From positions 1 to 64,000 of the forward strand of contig JWZX01003401.1 in assembly GCA_001275005.1 (NCBI GenBank): a stretch of DNA of 64,000 nucleotides, in the 5' to 3' direction. The notes beneath the pieces were generated by a model. It was not told the origin of the DNA and ran no database searches. It saw nothing but the letters and a program-made list of their open reading frames with translations. Below, piece by piece: positions 54,611-64,000 of the stretch. This DNA comes from Chrysochromulina tobinii. Taxonomy: Eukaryota. Each line of letters opens with the position of its first letter. Positions within the stretch are counted from its first letter, which is position 1. A program made the position numbers and the translations under genes.

Positions 54611-55516
54611 TTATGTGAATCGCCACCATCCGTCACGTTGCTGAACGAGGTCACATCTATCTACGCGCACAGAAGCCGCTGCCGTCCGTGTCAGCGAGAC
54701 GAGCCGTACGGGACGCTCAGGTGCCGCGCCTCCGTCCGCAGCGTCCGCACCTGCGACTAGTTCGGTCTGGCTGTCGAGGACAAACGCCGCGGGCGGCGCG
54801 CGCAGTATCTCGAGGAGCCGATCTGTGTGCGCGCTGCCATAAGGGCGGTCGGTGCCGTCGGTGAAGAGGAGCTTGCCGCCCGGCGCAAGCAGTATAGATG
54901 CAAGCTCGCCGAGCCGCTCGACGGCGGCCGAGTCGTACATGACGTCGGGCAGAAGTACCACGTCAAACGGTATCATGGAAGTGATGACGCCTCCGCGAGT
55001 CGGAGGCTTTTGCCAGTCCCATGCGACGGTGCATACGGCGCTCGCCACGTCATTGTCGCGAGCGCTCTGATCTGCGAAGGCCAGTGCAATGGGCTCAATG
55101 TCTATTGCGACCACGCGCTTCGCTCCGGCAATAGCAGCACTGACCGCAAGAAGCCCAAGCCCGGTTCCAAACTCTAATACGGTTCTCCCGCGAACGAGCT
55201 CGGCGTGAGCGAGGACGTGATTCGCGAGCGCAATGCCACCTGGCCATAGTTGATTCCAATACCATGGTTCAGCGTCGGTAAGCCGCGCGTACTCGAGCGT
55301 AAGGAGCTCAAGATAGCGCGACCCGGCAGACTCGCCCTCACACGCCTCTTGGGCAAAAGCGTGCGCTCTACGAATGTGGCTGCGCGTGATGAAATCCGAG
55401 GGCGGCACGCGTAGTGTCACACCGCGCAGCACCGCGCGTGCTTCGCACTGCTCCGGATCCGGCGGTGGAGACGCCAGCGCATCGGCTATTAGCCTTCGTC
55501 GATGTGCCCCATTCAT
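54611..55516 (-). CDS. Class I SAM-dependent methyltransferase (METTL20/21, Methyltransf_16-like)
   Basis: YWNQLWPGGIALA, VLEFGTGLGL, VAIDI and FDVVLLPDVMYD. Confidence 0.85.
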   Translation of the reverse strand: MNGAHRRRLIADALASPPPDPEQCEARAVLRGVTLRVPPSDFITRSHIRRAHAFAQEACEGESAGSRYLELLTLEYARLTDAEPWYWNQLWPGGIALANHVLAHAELVRGRTVLEFGTGLGLLAVSAAIAGAKRVVAIDIEPIALAFADQSARDNDVASAVCTVAWDWQKPPTRGGVITSMIPFDVVLLPDVMYDSAAVERLGELASILLAPGGKLLFTDGTDRPYGSAHTDRLLEILRAPPAAFVLDSQTELVAGADAADGGAAPERPVRLVSLTRTAAASVRVDRCDLVQQRDGWWRFT

Positions 55517-55648
55517 GGGTCAAGAAACATTCACAGTGGAAAGTCCCTGTGAATGTGATGGTCCCTCAACACAATCGTGGTGGGTTCCTAGGAGGCCCGC
55601 GGACAAGGGTCACTGACAGGAAACCGGACCAAACCTAGCTTGAGCGTT

Positions 55649-55797
55649 ACTCACTCACTCTCACTCACTCACTCACGTCACTCACTCACTCACGCGTCAC
55701 CACTCACCCTGAACCTAGCGCTCTCGATGCACCGCCATCGGGTTGGCGTGCCCCCCCAAGCCCTATCCCGCGACGATACTGACTGACTGACTGACTG
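55649..55797. repeat. (CACT)n and (GACT)n tetranucleotide microsatellites
   Basis: Runs at ~55649-55693 and ~55778-55797. Confidence 0.9.
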
Positions 55798-55962
55798 AGT
55801 TATCCCATTCCCTCCGTGCGGCCTACAGCTACACGCTCGGCAGAGAACCCGACGGTGTCGTGTGCTGGTCGTTCTCACAGGGGCTCGTGGGTGCTGAGAG
55901 GCGCCGAGGCACACGCAAGGCACACCGACGTGACGATGGACAGAAGTGTGATTCGCGCCGAC

Positions 55963-57870
55963 CTACGCGGGGTGCCCACCATGATCACTCCTCGCTAACG
56001 CTGTTGGAGCATCCATCAGCATCACTCCTCTCTGATCGATAATACGCTTGTTCGCAACGCGCACACAGAAGACGGCCGAGGTGGCGCCGATGGCCGCCCC
56101 AAAGCCGAGGGCAAGTAGGGCCACGAAGATCAGCCTGCCTATGTCGTCGCCGGGGGGGGGCGGAGAGACTTCGGGCGGTGTCGAGGGGGGGGGGCTGGGG
56201 GGGGCGGGAGGATTGACGAGACCGCCGGATTGGGCGTCGGCGTCACCGTGGCCATGGATAGTTGCGTTGTATTGCTCAATGCAGCGCTGCCGCGTCGCCG
56301 AGCTGCGCATGATCCACGCGCCGTCCTGGTTGGCGTACGGGTCCTCCGCATTGTCGGTTTTGGAACTCGAGCGCGACATGCAGCTCTCGGCATCGAGATT
56401 GATGTGAGCGAGTGACGGGTCGCCATTCGCGCCAGTGCCGTTGGCTGACATGCAACTGGAGCGCGACCAGTTGTACCACGCGTGGCTCTGGTTGACGATC
56501 GTGAGCAGACCTACGCCGAACGTCGCCTGACGAAACGCCGACCAACTGGGCTGCGACGGGAGCCACGGCATGTAGGCGCCTTCGTAGTTGCCCCCATCGC
56601 CTAAGTTGAGGTAGACGGGGCCGCACTCGTCCACGAGGCCCCGGTAGACGGGGAGGGTGCGCTCATACGCATGCACGTGGCCCGAGAGTACAAGGTCGAC
56701 TCCCGCCTCGTACAGGTCCGCCTCCATGTGCTGCCTCATGAGCTCCGCCTCGCCCTTGTGGCCCGAATTCGTGTTGTACCAAGGCGCGTGCATCATCACG
56801 ATCACCCACGGCGTCATGGACCGATCGATGCGCGCGAGGTCGCGGCGCAGCCAGCGGTGCTGAAGCGAGCCGGGCGCCGTCGCCGCGTACGAGCAGAGCG
56901 AGATCAGGTGCACTGGCCCGACGTCTATTGAGTACCACAAGTTCGTCGGTGAGCCGCTCGCGGTATGGGGCATCGGGTAGCGAGCGTTATACGACACAAA
57001 GCCCTCACCGGAACCGAGCTCGTGGTTGCCGGCGGTGGTCATCACTGGGACCGCGGCGGCGAGCGGCTCCATCATGCGTCCGTACGTGTCCCAGCGCGGT
57101 AGCCAGCCGTCCGCATAGCTCAGATCTCCCGCGAGGAGGACCACGCCGACCCCGACCGTCTCCGCCCGCCTGCGAAGCAGCTCCACGTTGGCACGAGAAG
57201 CGCGCGTCTGGCCGAGATCGGCGGTGAGGCCCACCGAGAACGGGTAGGTGCCCTCGCCACTCGTAGGATCGGGCGGCATCGTGAACGAATAGTCGCGCGT
57301 GTGGCCGGCGACGCGGTAGCCGTATGTGCGCCCCGCCAGAAGCCCCGACAGCGTGGCCGTGCAGATGAGAGGCGTTGCGTAGATCATCGCCGGATTCCTG
57401 TAGGACCCAAATTCGCCCGTTTTCAACGTCGTGGGTTCATAGTAGCTTTTTGACTGTCCAAACGGAAAGATGCTCAGCGCACTCGCCCAGCTGCTGGTGT
57501 TCTGCATCTGGAGGATTGCACGCTCATCCCATGGTGCACCCATACTGGGATGAATGAGTTCACTACCGACGTAGAGCAGCTGGCTGTATGCAGCAGCCGT
57601 GCCATTGACTGTCCTGCTGAACGAGTCGGGGCCCCAATAAACTACTGAAGGCCGAGTCTCATCATCAGCAGTCGCCCACGACACAACCATTTCACCCGGC
57701 CCCCCGAATGCGAGGTGCACCTGCTCCACGCAAAGCCGCTGCTGGTTGGTTAGGTTACAAACTGGCGGCGCGAGTCCATCGTCCGAGTCAGCGCTCAGCA
57801 GGCGCGAAGCTGGCGGCCGTGGAATATCCACCGTGATGGCAACAGCAGCAGCAAAACATGCCCACAGCAT
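55963..57870 (-). CDS. Purple acid phosphatase, secreted/membrane-anchored
   Basis: Metal-binding motifs ADLG, GDLSYAD, GNHE, MHAPWY and GHVHAYER. N-terminal EQVHLA..VSWAT, signal peptide and C-terminal TM helix. Confidence 0.92.
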   Translation of the reverse strand: MLWACFAAAVAITVDIPRPPASRLLSADSDDGLAPPVCNLTNQQRLCVEQVHLAFGGPGEMVVSWATADDETRPSVVYWGPDSFSRTVNGTAAAYSQLLYVGSELIHPSMGAPWDERAILQMQNTSSWASALSIFPFGQSKSYYEPTTLKTGEFGSYRNPAMIYATPLICTATLSGLLAGRTYGYRVAGHTRDYSFTMPPDPTSGEGTYPFSVGLTADLGQTRASRANVELLRRRAETVGVGVVLLAGDLSYADGWLPRWDTYGRMMEPLAAAVPVMTTAGNHELGSGEGFVSYNARYPMPHTASGSPTNLWYSIDVGPVHLISLCSYAATAPGSLQHRWLRRDLARIDRSMTPWVIVMMHAPWYNTNSGHKGEAELMRQHMEADLYEAGVDLVLSGHVHAYERTLPVYRGLVDECGPVYLNLGDGGNYEGAYMPWLPSQPSWSAFRQATFGVGLLTIVNQSHAWYNWSRSSCMSANGTGANGDPSLAHINLDAESCMSRSSSKTDNAEDPYANQDGAWIMRSSATRQRCIEQYNATIHGHGDADAQSGGLVNPPAPPSPPPSTPPEVSPPPPGDDIGRLIFVALLALGFGAAIGATSAVFCVRVANKRIIDQRGVMLMDAPTALARSDHGGHPA

Positions 57871-59887
57871 TTCCCACCGTCGGCAACACAGAAGATGACT
57901 CGTAATCAAGTTCAGTGGTGCTGCTGCTGCTGTGAAACAAACAAACGACTGTCGCGTCTGTCGTGTTAACGCACAAACGCGCACACTCTCCGGGCCCCCA
58001 AGCACGAGGGCCTCTATCGCAATGGACGGAGGTGTGGCCATTACCCGTTAATCGGCAAGGGGTGGATTCAAAACAACCGGCGCCTTCCTCGACGCGGCGG
58101 CGAGATTCCGCGATCCAGAGATTGAGGGCCGCAAGATGAAGGAGGTCGCGCGCCTCTTCAAGTGAATGGCTCGCCGCTTCGTTGGTGACACATTGGAGCA
58201 GCGCCTTGCCAGCGGTTTCAGGCTCGAGGGTGGTGCCAGGGCTCCTCGGCTGGCTGAGAACCTCTGACAGATCCGACAGGGCTGGAGCGAGTTTTTGCTC
58301 GAGACGGCGCCGTTGCTCGTCGAGCCTTTCAAGCAGAGGTGGATGGACGCGACTTGACGAAACTTGTCGAGGTGGATGGACGCCGGCCTTCGAACGAACC
58401 GGGCTGCCTCCCAGCCGTGGTATCCCTTCCGGCCCGGCCAGACGAACCGGGCTGCCTCCCAGCCGTGGTATCCCTCCCGGCCTACGAGCGAGCGGCGCCG
58501 ACCCAGACGCCGGTCGCGCTCGAAGTCGCTTCTGCCCCTCGTCCGGCTGATGTAACGGCTGATGTAACGGCTGATGTAACGGCTGATGTAACGGCTGATG
58601 TAACGGCTGATGTAACGGCTGATGTAACGGCTGATGTAACGGCTGATGGCCGGCCTCGCCAGCGCTCTCGTCCGAGTCGGAGTCCGTCGCCGAGTCGGCG
58701 CCTGCCGCCGAGTATGCGCCTGCCGCCGAGCCGCAGTCTATGGAGCCCGCAAGGGCGCCTGAATCGGCGCCGAGCCGCAGTCTATGCAACCATGACATAG
58801 AGCGGCGAGCTTGAACGGACGCATGGAGCTCGCCACTAGAGCGCTGCTGCGTCAGCTCGTGCTTAGTCGCCGTTCGCTCTGCATTGTTCTTGAAGAGCAG
58901 GGCGATCTTGATCCCTGCGCTGCGCTGCTGAGCTGTACTGCAAGTAGATCGCGAGATGGGAGGGGTTTCGTCACGTCGGGTTTCGTCACGTCGGAGGCAG
59001 CTGCATGTGGATGGCGAGATGGCACTTGATGAGGTTGGAGCCGCAGGACCTGCACGTGGAACTCCAAAACCATCGCCCGGTTCGGGATGACGCTCGTCTA
59101 TGTCGTCCTCGCCGTGCCCCCCAACTTCATCGTCCTCCCCTCTACCTCCTCGTCCCCGCCCCTGCTCTCGGCATTTCTCATCGGCATCGACAGCACCCCC
59201 CGTGAGGAGAAGGCTCGGTGGTGCAGGGGCGCTGTGGTTTGCCAGCTCGGCATAGCTGCGCTGCAAAGGCAAGTGCCCGCGCTGAGCATGCGCATGGCGC
59301 TGAAGGCAATCGTAGGCGATTCTGCGAGAGGCGATCATCGGAGCCGACAACGGGCGCGGAATAGACCGAGAGCGCGATGCCAATGGATACGTAGCCTGAG
59401 GAGGGGCGGCGACGAGAGCGGCAACAATGGCCCGTGCCTGGGTGGAGGCGGCTGTTGTTGCTGCCAATTCTGGAACTCGAGATGGAAGTGCGCTGCTGAT
59501 CACCGGCGAGGTCAAGTGGACCACCTCGCCATTCGGAGCATGTGACGAGTCGCTGTACACGCGGACTTCACCTTGGAAACTGAGCCCCGACTTGCTAGGC
59601 CGCCACCCAAATGCTCGAGGGTCGGCATTCGAACGCCAGGGTTTGCGTGTCCGAAAGGGCTGGGGCAGGATCAATGATGGCTTCGGCTTATGAATATGCG
59701 AGTTGCTGATTGAGAGCGTTTGCTGTACTCGCGCAGCTGATTGATCACTTGGTTGCAGGCCATCGAGTGAGACAGCGGTTGCCTTGGAGCTGGTGACGCG
59801 GCGTGATGGTCGCGAGTCGGAGCTGGCCCGTCGCGATAAAGTGTCGCCGAGCTGTCGATGCAGCGGCCCTTCACTGTGCGGGTTCAT
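57788..59887 (-). CDS. Low-complexity hypothetical protein
   Basis: Long ORF containing the in-frame (HQPL)n repeat; no recognisable domain. The 3' end overlaps the phosphatase start in another frame, so the true stop is uncertain. Confidence 0.4.
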   Translation of the reverse strand: MNPHSEGPLHRQLGDTLSRRASSDSRPSRRVTSSKATAVSLDGLQPSDQSAARVQQTLSISNSHIHKPKPSLILPQPFRTRKPWRSNADPRAFGWRPSKSGLSFQGEVRVYSDSSHAPNGEVVHLTSPVISSALPSRVPELAATTAASTQARAIVAALVAAPPQATYPLASRSRSIPRPLSAPMIASRRIAYDCLQRHAHAQRGHLPLQRSYAELANHSAPAPPSLLLTGGAVDADEKCREQGRGRGGRGEDDEVGGHGEDDIDERHPEPGDGFGVPRAGPAAPTSSSAISPSTCSCLRRDETRRDETPPISRSTCSTAQQRSAGIKIALLFKNNAERTATKHELTQQRSSGELHASVQARRSMSWLHRLRLGADSGALAGSIDCGSAAGAYSAAGADSATDSDSDESAGEAGHQPLHQPLHQPLHQPLHQPLHQPLHQPLHQPLHQPDEGQKRLRARPASGSAPLARRPGGIPRLGGSPVRLAGPEGIPRLGGSPVRSKAGVHPPRQVSSSRVHPPLLERLDEQRRRLEQKLAPALSDLSEVLSQPRSPGTTLEPETAGKALLQCVTNEAASHSLEEARDLLHLAALNLWIAESRRRVEEGAGCFESTPCRLTGNGHTSVHCDRGPRAWGPGECARLCVNTTDATVVCLFHSSSSTTELDYESSSVLPTVGNAVGMFCCCCCHHGGYSTAASFAPAER
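58544..58648. repeat. 12-nt perfect minisatellite x~8.7 (HQPL)
   Basis: cggctgatgtaa repeated. Confidence 0.95.
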
Positions 59888-60097
59888 GTGACCCTTGCTT
59901 CTTTGTCGTTCGCAAAGAAAATCTTGTAGCTGCCCTCGGCATGCAATTGAAGGGTTCGGATGACGCGTGTTCACACCTTGTTGGAAGTGTTGTGCGGGTG
60001 TGATCTCTAACACAAGGTCAAGGACCGGACCGAAAGGATCGAACGGCACCTAGCGTCCAAACACCACAAACACAGGCGCAACCGAAAAGGCTCGCAA

Positions 60098-63000
60098 TCA
60101 GCACGACCACGAGCAAGGGCGCAACGTGGAGCCCATCAACTCGATCTTATCCATCCCCTCGTCCCCTTTGACCGGAACTGCTCTCGGCTGGCCGCCCTCG
60201 AGCTCGCCGAAGGCGTTGCTCGCGGCAGTGGGCATTTCAAGCGATTGGCCGCTGCCGGCCCTGGAAATGTCCATGGCCATGCGTGGAAGGTTGCGCCCCC
60301 CGTGGGCAATCTGGCTGCAGCACGCTGCAGGCGCCCCTCGGCTGATTGGCCCGAGCTCGTCTGGAAACTTGCTGCACAGCCCCTTCCACACGCCAAGGCT
60401 TAGTCCAAACAAATGGCAGTGCGTCGTCGCCTCGACGTGCATTGCGCTCAGCACGGGAGCCAACGGCCCCGCTGAAAGCAAGCATCTCTGCCCCCACATA
60501 GTTCACACCCTCATTTCGGCCGATGAGGTAGGAAGAGAGCGCGGGCATGCCCGTGCTGCTGGCATCCCGGTCGGTAATTTTGCGGTTCGCCATGGACGAG
60601 CTGCTGCGGGGCGGCGCCTGCCGGAACATGTTCGGCAGGCGCCGACCCCCCGCACGGAGCTTGCCCAAATCAACAAGGTAGAGCTTGACGGCGGGATCAC
60701 CCTTCGTGATGACAGTATCGCCCTCCAGGAAGAGCTCCGGACGGAGCGCGACGCAGAGCTCGATGAGCGGGAAGAAGGTGAGGCTGCTGAGCGCTGGCAC
60801 ACAGAGAATGTTGTTGCGGTGCATCCAAAGGCCGATGTCGCGGAGCAAAAAGGGTGGGAGCGCCTCTGTCAAGGACGTGTGCGAGACGCGCGGGTTGGAC
60901 GAGATCAGCCGGTAGTAGGCAGTGATGCGCTGAACCAGATCCGATGGCAGCTGGTGATGCGTCGTGTAGTGCTGGAGGTAGTCAGTCTGTGTCTTGAACA
61001 TCTCCTCCTCGCCGTCGTTCAAGCGCACCAGCGAGGAGATGAGGCCGATGAGGCAGGCGAAGAGTGATGCCGAAATAAGCGTGAGCAACATCGCGAAGAC
61101 CGTCTCGAGCGCGTTCTGCGGCCGCACGTCGCCTAAGCCGACAGTGCTCATGTGCGACAGTGTGAAGTGGACTGCACGAAGGTACGAGAGGCCCACGTTC
61201 GAGTGCGCCCAATCGGCGTCTTTCCATGCGATGTCCTCGGTCATCCAGTTGCGCCCCAGCGCGGACTTGGGGAGCGCGTACGCGTCAAAGAGCCAGAGGC
61301 ATGCAAACCCATGGCAGACGTAGACCCAGAGGCACGTAACCACCGCGAGGCGCGCCTGGCCACTCGAGAGATGAAGTTGGGGTGGCAGCAAGGCGAAGGC
61401 CACGCGGCAGTGCTCGAGGATGCGCGAGCAGCGCAGCAGCCGCGGCAGGCGCAGTAGAGCCACCGCGAGGAGGATCGTCTTTGTGTCGCTCGTCACAGCC
61501 AGCCCGATCGGCGCCAAGGCTTCGTAGGGCAGCGAAGCGAGCAAGTCCAGGCGCAATTTGACCTGCACATAGTGCGTGCGAATCGCCATGTGTGTGAGCT
61601 CCGACTGCATGAACGTTTCGCGCCCTGGGGGGAGGAAGGGGAAGCAGTAGGCGCGCAGCAACGAGTCGCACAGAAGGATCACATCGATCGACCACTGCGG
61701 TACGAGCGCGGCCCATGCGTTGGCGACGCTCAAAGGACTTCGCGGCCCGAACACGGCGATGAGAAAGGGGATCGAGGTGGCTAGAATGGCCGTTGTCAGT
61801 GCCATAACGAGCTCCCACAGCTGCCTCGGCAGCGTCGAGGGTGGGAAGATGTATCCATGACTCGATGGCTGCTGGATGGGGACATCGCCGGTCGATGAGG
61901 ACCTCTTGGACGCCTCGGACATCTTGCATGGTTCAGCGTGCCCTGGAGTGCTGTCACCACGGAGGATGGCTTGCTCGCGGACGATGCGCTCGTTGGTTGA
62001 GCGGTAACAGGCATCGATGGATCGCACAAGGGACTCGAGTTTGGCAAGGTAAGCCGCGTCGCGATGCAGACCAAAGAGCGCGCACGCCGCGTCAAGCTGC
62101 GTGCGCGTGAGCTGAAGGACAACAGCACGCGTCACCGCGCGGACCGAGGCGTTGCGCGCCGTGCCTTGGAGAAAGAAGGAAACTTCACCGAGCACCGCGC
62201 CTGGGCCAACGGTGCCCACGACCGTCGACTTGGTCTGCTCAAAGTGGTCCTTGGCGAAGCCCATTTTCTCTCCCATAAGCGCTTCGGCTTTCCTTCGGCG
62301 ATGAACGGGCGCCGAGAGCGAGGGACGGCGACCGGCCGTGAGCACCTCGAAGACGCCCTCGACAATGATGTACATATCTTGCGTGCCTTTATCGCCCTCG
62401 AGCATGAGCAGCTCGCTAGGGGTGATGACGATGCCGCGCATCTCATTTGTAATGTGGCCGAGGACGGCCCGCGGCAGCAGGTCTGCTAGCTTCGTCTTCG
62501 AGAGCAGCTCGAGCCGAATTGCTTTGGAGGTCTCGAGCTGGAGCTGTGGCGGGAGCTTGTTGAGTACAGCTTTATCCTTGTCGGCGCCACGGTAGTGCGA
62601 CCAGACGAGGAAGCGGACGACGCGCTGCTGCAGTGGTGGCGGCACGGCGTAGCTCATCATGACCTTTTCCATGCTCGTCTGCACCATCGCATGCTCGTAC
62701 TCCTCCTGGTCGAGTCGCGCGATCGCGTTCACGATGACGCCAAGACCTGTCGACGACAATGTCGAACCAGCAACAATGAGGAAGATCATGTAGTACGTCT
62801 CGGGCATCGTGTCGGGAACCATATCACCAATTGGCACGACCACGAACGTGCCAATTGAGATGTAAAGACCGCGAAGCCATGCGAGCACCGCCAGAGGCTG
62901 GCAACGCGCCGCGCCCTCGAGGACGACGACGTCGCGCGCCCACCACGAGTACGCTTGCCACGTGTGCGCGCTCGTGTTCGTCACGAAAGAGGCATCGAAC

Positions 63001-64000
63001 TCGCGCCACCCGATGTACGCCCACACGCATGCCGAGAGGTGTGAGAGCATGATGACGATAAGCACGAGACGGCCGAGGCGCATATGCTGCATAGTCATGG
63101 CCGGCGACTGATTGAGCAGCCACACCTCGATGTTATACGTGTGGCGTGGCAGGAAGACGAGCAGTGGCAGCCGCAGCACCCAGATGATGCTCACAGCTGT
63201 CGTCATCGCGTCGGACACGGCGTCGCCGCCGTCGCGCACGCCAGCCATCGCAATGGAGAGGGCGTCGAGGACGAGCACGACGGCAAGAAGGAGCACCGCA
63301 AAGGGGAGCATGCCGTGTGCTTCATGCCACGCAGCAGTTGGCTTGTCCAACGTCTCCACCTTGCCCGCCGCGCTCCCGCCCAATGTACGCAACTGAACCC
63401 CAAGCAAGTCAACGCCAATCGCCACGTCGACAAGGAAATCGAAGATACACAGGCCGACCGTGTCAGAGTACGACTCCTGCGCGGCGACCGTACTCGGGTC
63501 ACAGCTGTCTGCGACATTAGGCAGTGGGTATATACTACTGCCGTTCTGAAGTGCCGCCGACCATTCGGCAGGCACGGCAAAGTGGTTGGAGAGAGACGCT
63601 CGGAACGGGTCGCCGCACAGCCGATAGAGGAGTAGCAGGCACAACAGGAGCGACCAAACGTGCGCAGAGCGCAGCTTCGCGGCCCAGCCATCTAGTGTTC
63701 GAAGAAGGCGCTGCGGTCGCAGCCCGCGCCCGCGTGCCGCCCCGACCTCGGCTGTGCCATCTGTCGCGATGAACAGGGCGGTCTCGTTGATGCGGCGTTC
63801 GGCGAAGCTGCTCGAGCCAAAAACATCGACGGCCCCCATGCACTTGAGGAGCTTTGGCGACTTGACGAGATTGCGGCAAATCGCCCTGTCACGCTCGCAG
63901 CTCGCTAGATACCCCTCACGTGCATGCTCCTTGATCGTGGTCTCGAGCTCGGGAAAGCGGCTCAGCAGATCATCAAAGGACTTACGGCGGAGCACCAGGC
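60098..64000 (-). CDS. Multi-repeat cyclic-nucleotide-gated/KCNH-like channel, 5' part outside the window; apparent frameshift at 60491-60495
   Basis: Tail of one CNBD (LRRKSFDDLLSRFPE), then two 6TM + C-linker + CNBD units. Pores TFVVVPIGD and STVGLGD; CNBD motif LGEVSF..ARNASVRA. Deleting one G gives YVGQRCLL..VEATTHCHLFGL..FP, completing the last CNBD. Confidence 0.85.

Noticed and set aside
18327..64000. Functional ion-channel gene cluster
   Set aside because: The three channel genes are unrelated, far apart and interspersed with housekeeping genes.

Overview
Eukaryotic, GC-rich, gene-dense nuclear DNA with about 23 protein-coding genes and short GT-AG introns. It is most likely from a haptophyte alga (Chrysochromulina-like); this is inferred from an EukCatB-type channel, a VDE-like gene and the intron style, not proven. 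Genes include a RING-H2 ligase, a triple-RGS protein, an ankyrin-SLOG-SLATT fusion, an amino-acid transporter, a VDE-like enzyme, a septin, a HET-like protein, an EF-hand single-domain voltage-gated channel, a WD40 protein, an OSCA/TMEM63-like channel, an ARM protein, trifunctional FolB-FolK-FolP, an SGNH/NXPE-like protein, a FAS1-IPT-ankyrin protein, LRRCC1, a CAMK-type kinase, an MFS transporter, RMND5/GID2, a methyltransferase, a purple acid phosphatase and a multi-repeat cyclic-nucleotide-gated channel cut by the window end. No rRNA, tRNA or CRISPR array was recognised. The main signals are: (1) a family of introns built from a 16-28 nt duplication of flanking exon plus a decamer-repeat filler ending in a shared acceptor, suggesting an active intron-generating process; (2) a eukaryotic ANK-SLOG-SLATT-EF-hand-SLATT protein resembling prokaryotic nucleotide-gated defence effectors; (3) a small dispersed element bounded by inverted (TCAAG)n/(CTTGA)n arrays, with (CTTGA)n polarised upstream of gene starts. 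Five single-base homopolymer frameshifts are probably assembly errors. All domain calls come from motif recognition by eye; no database search was run.
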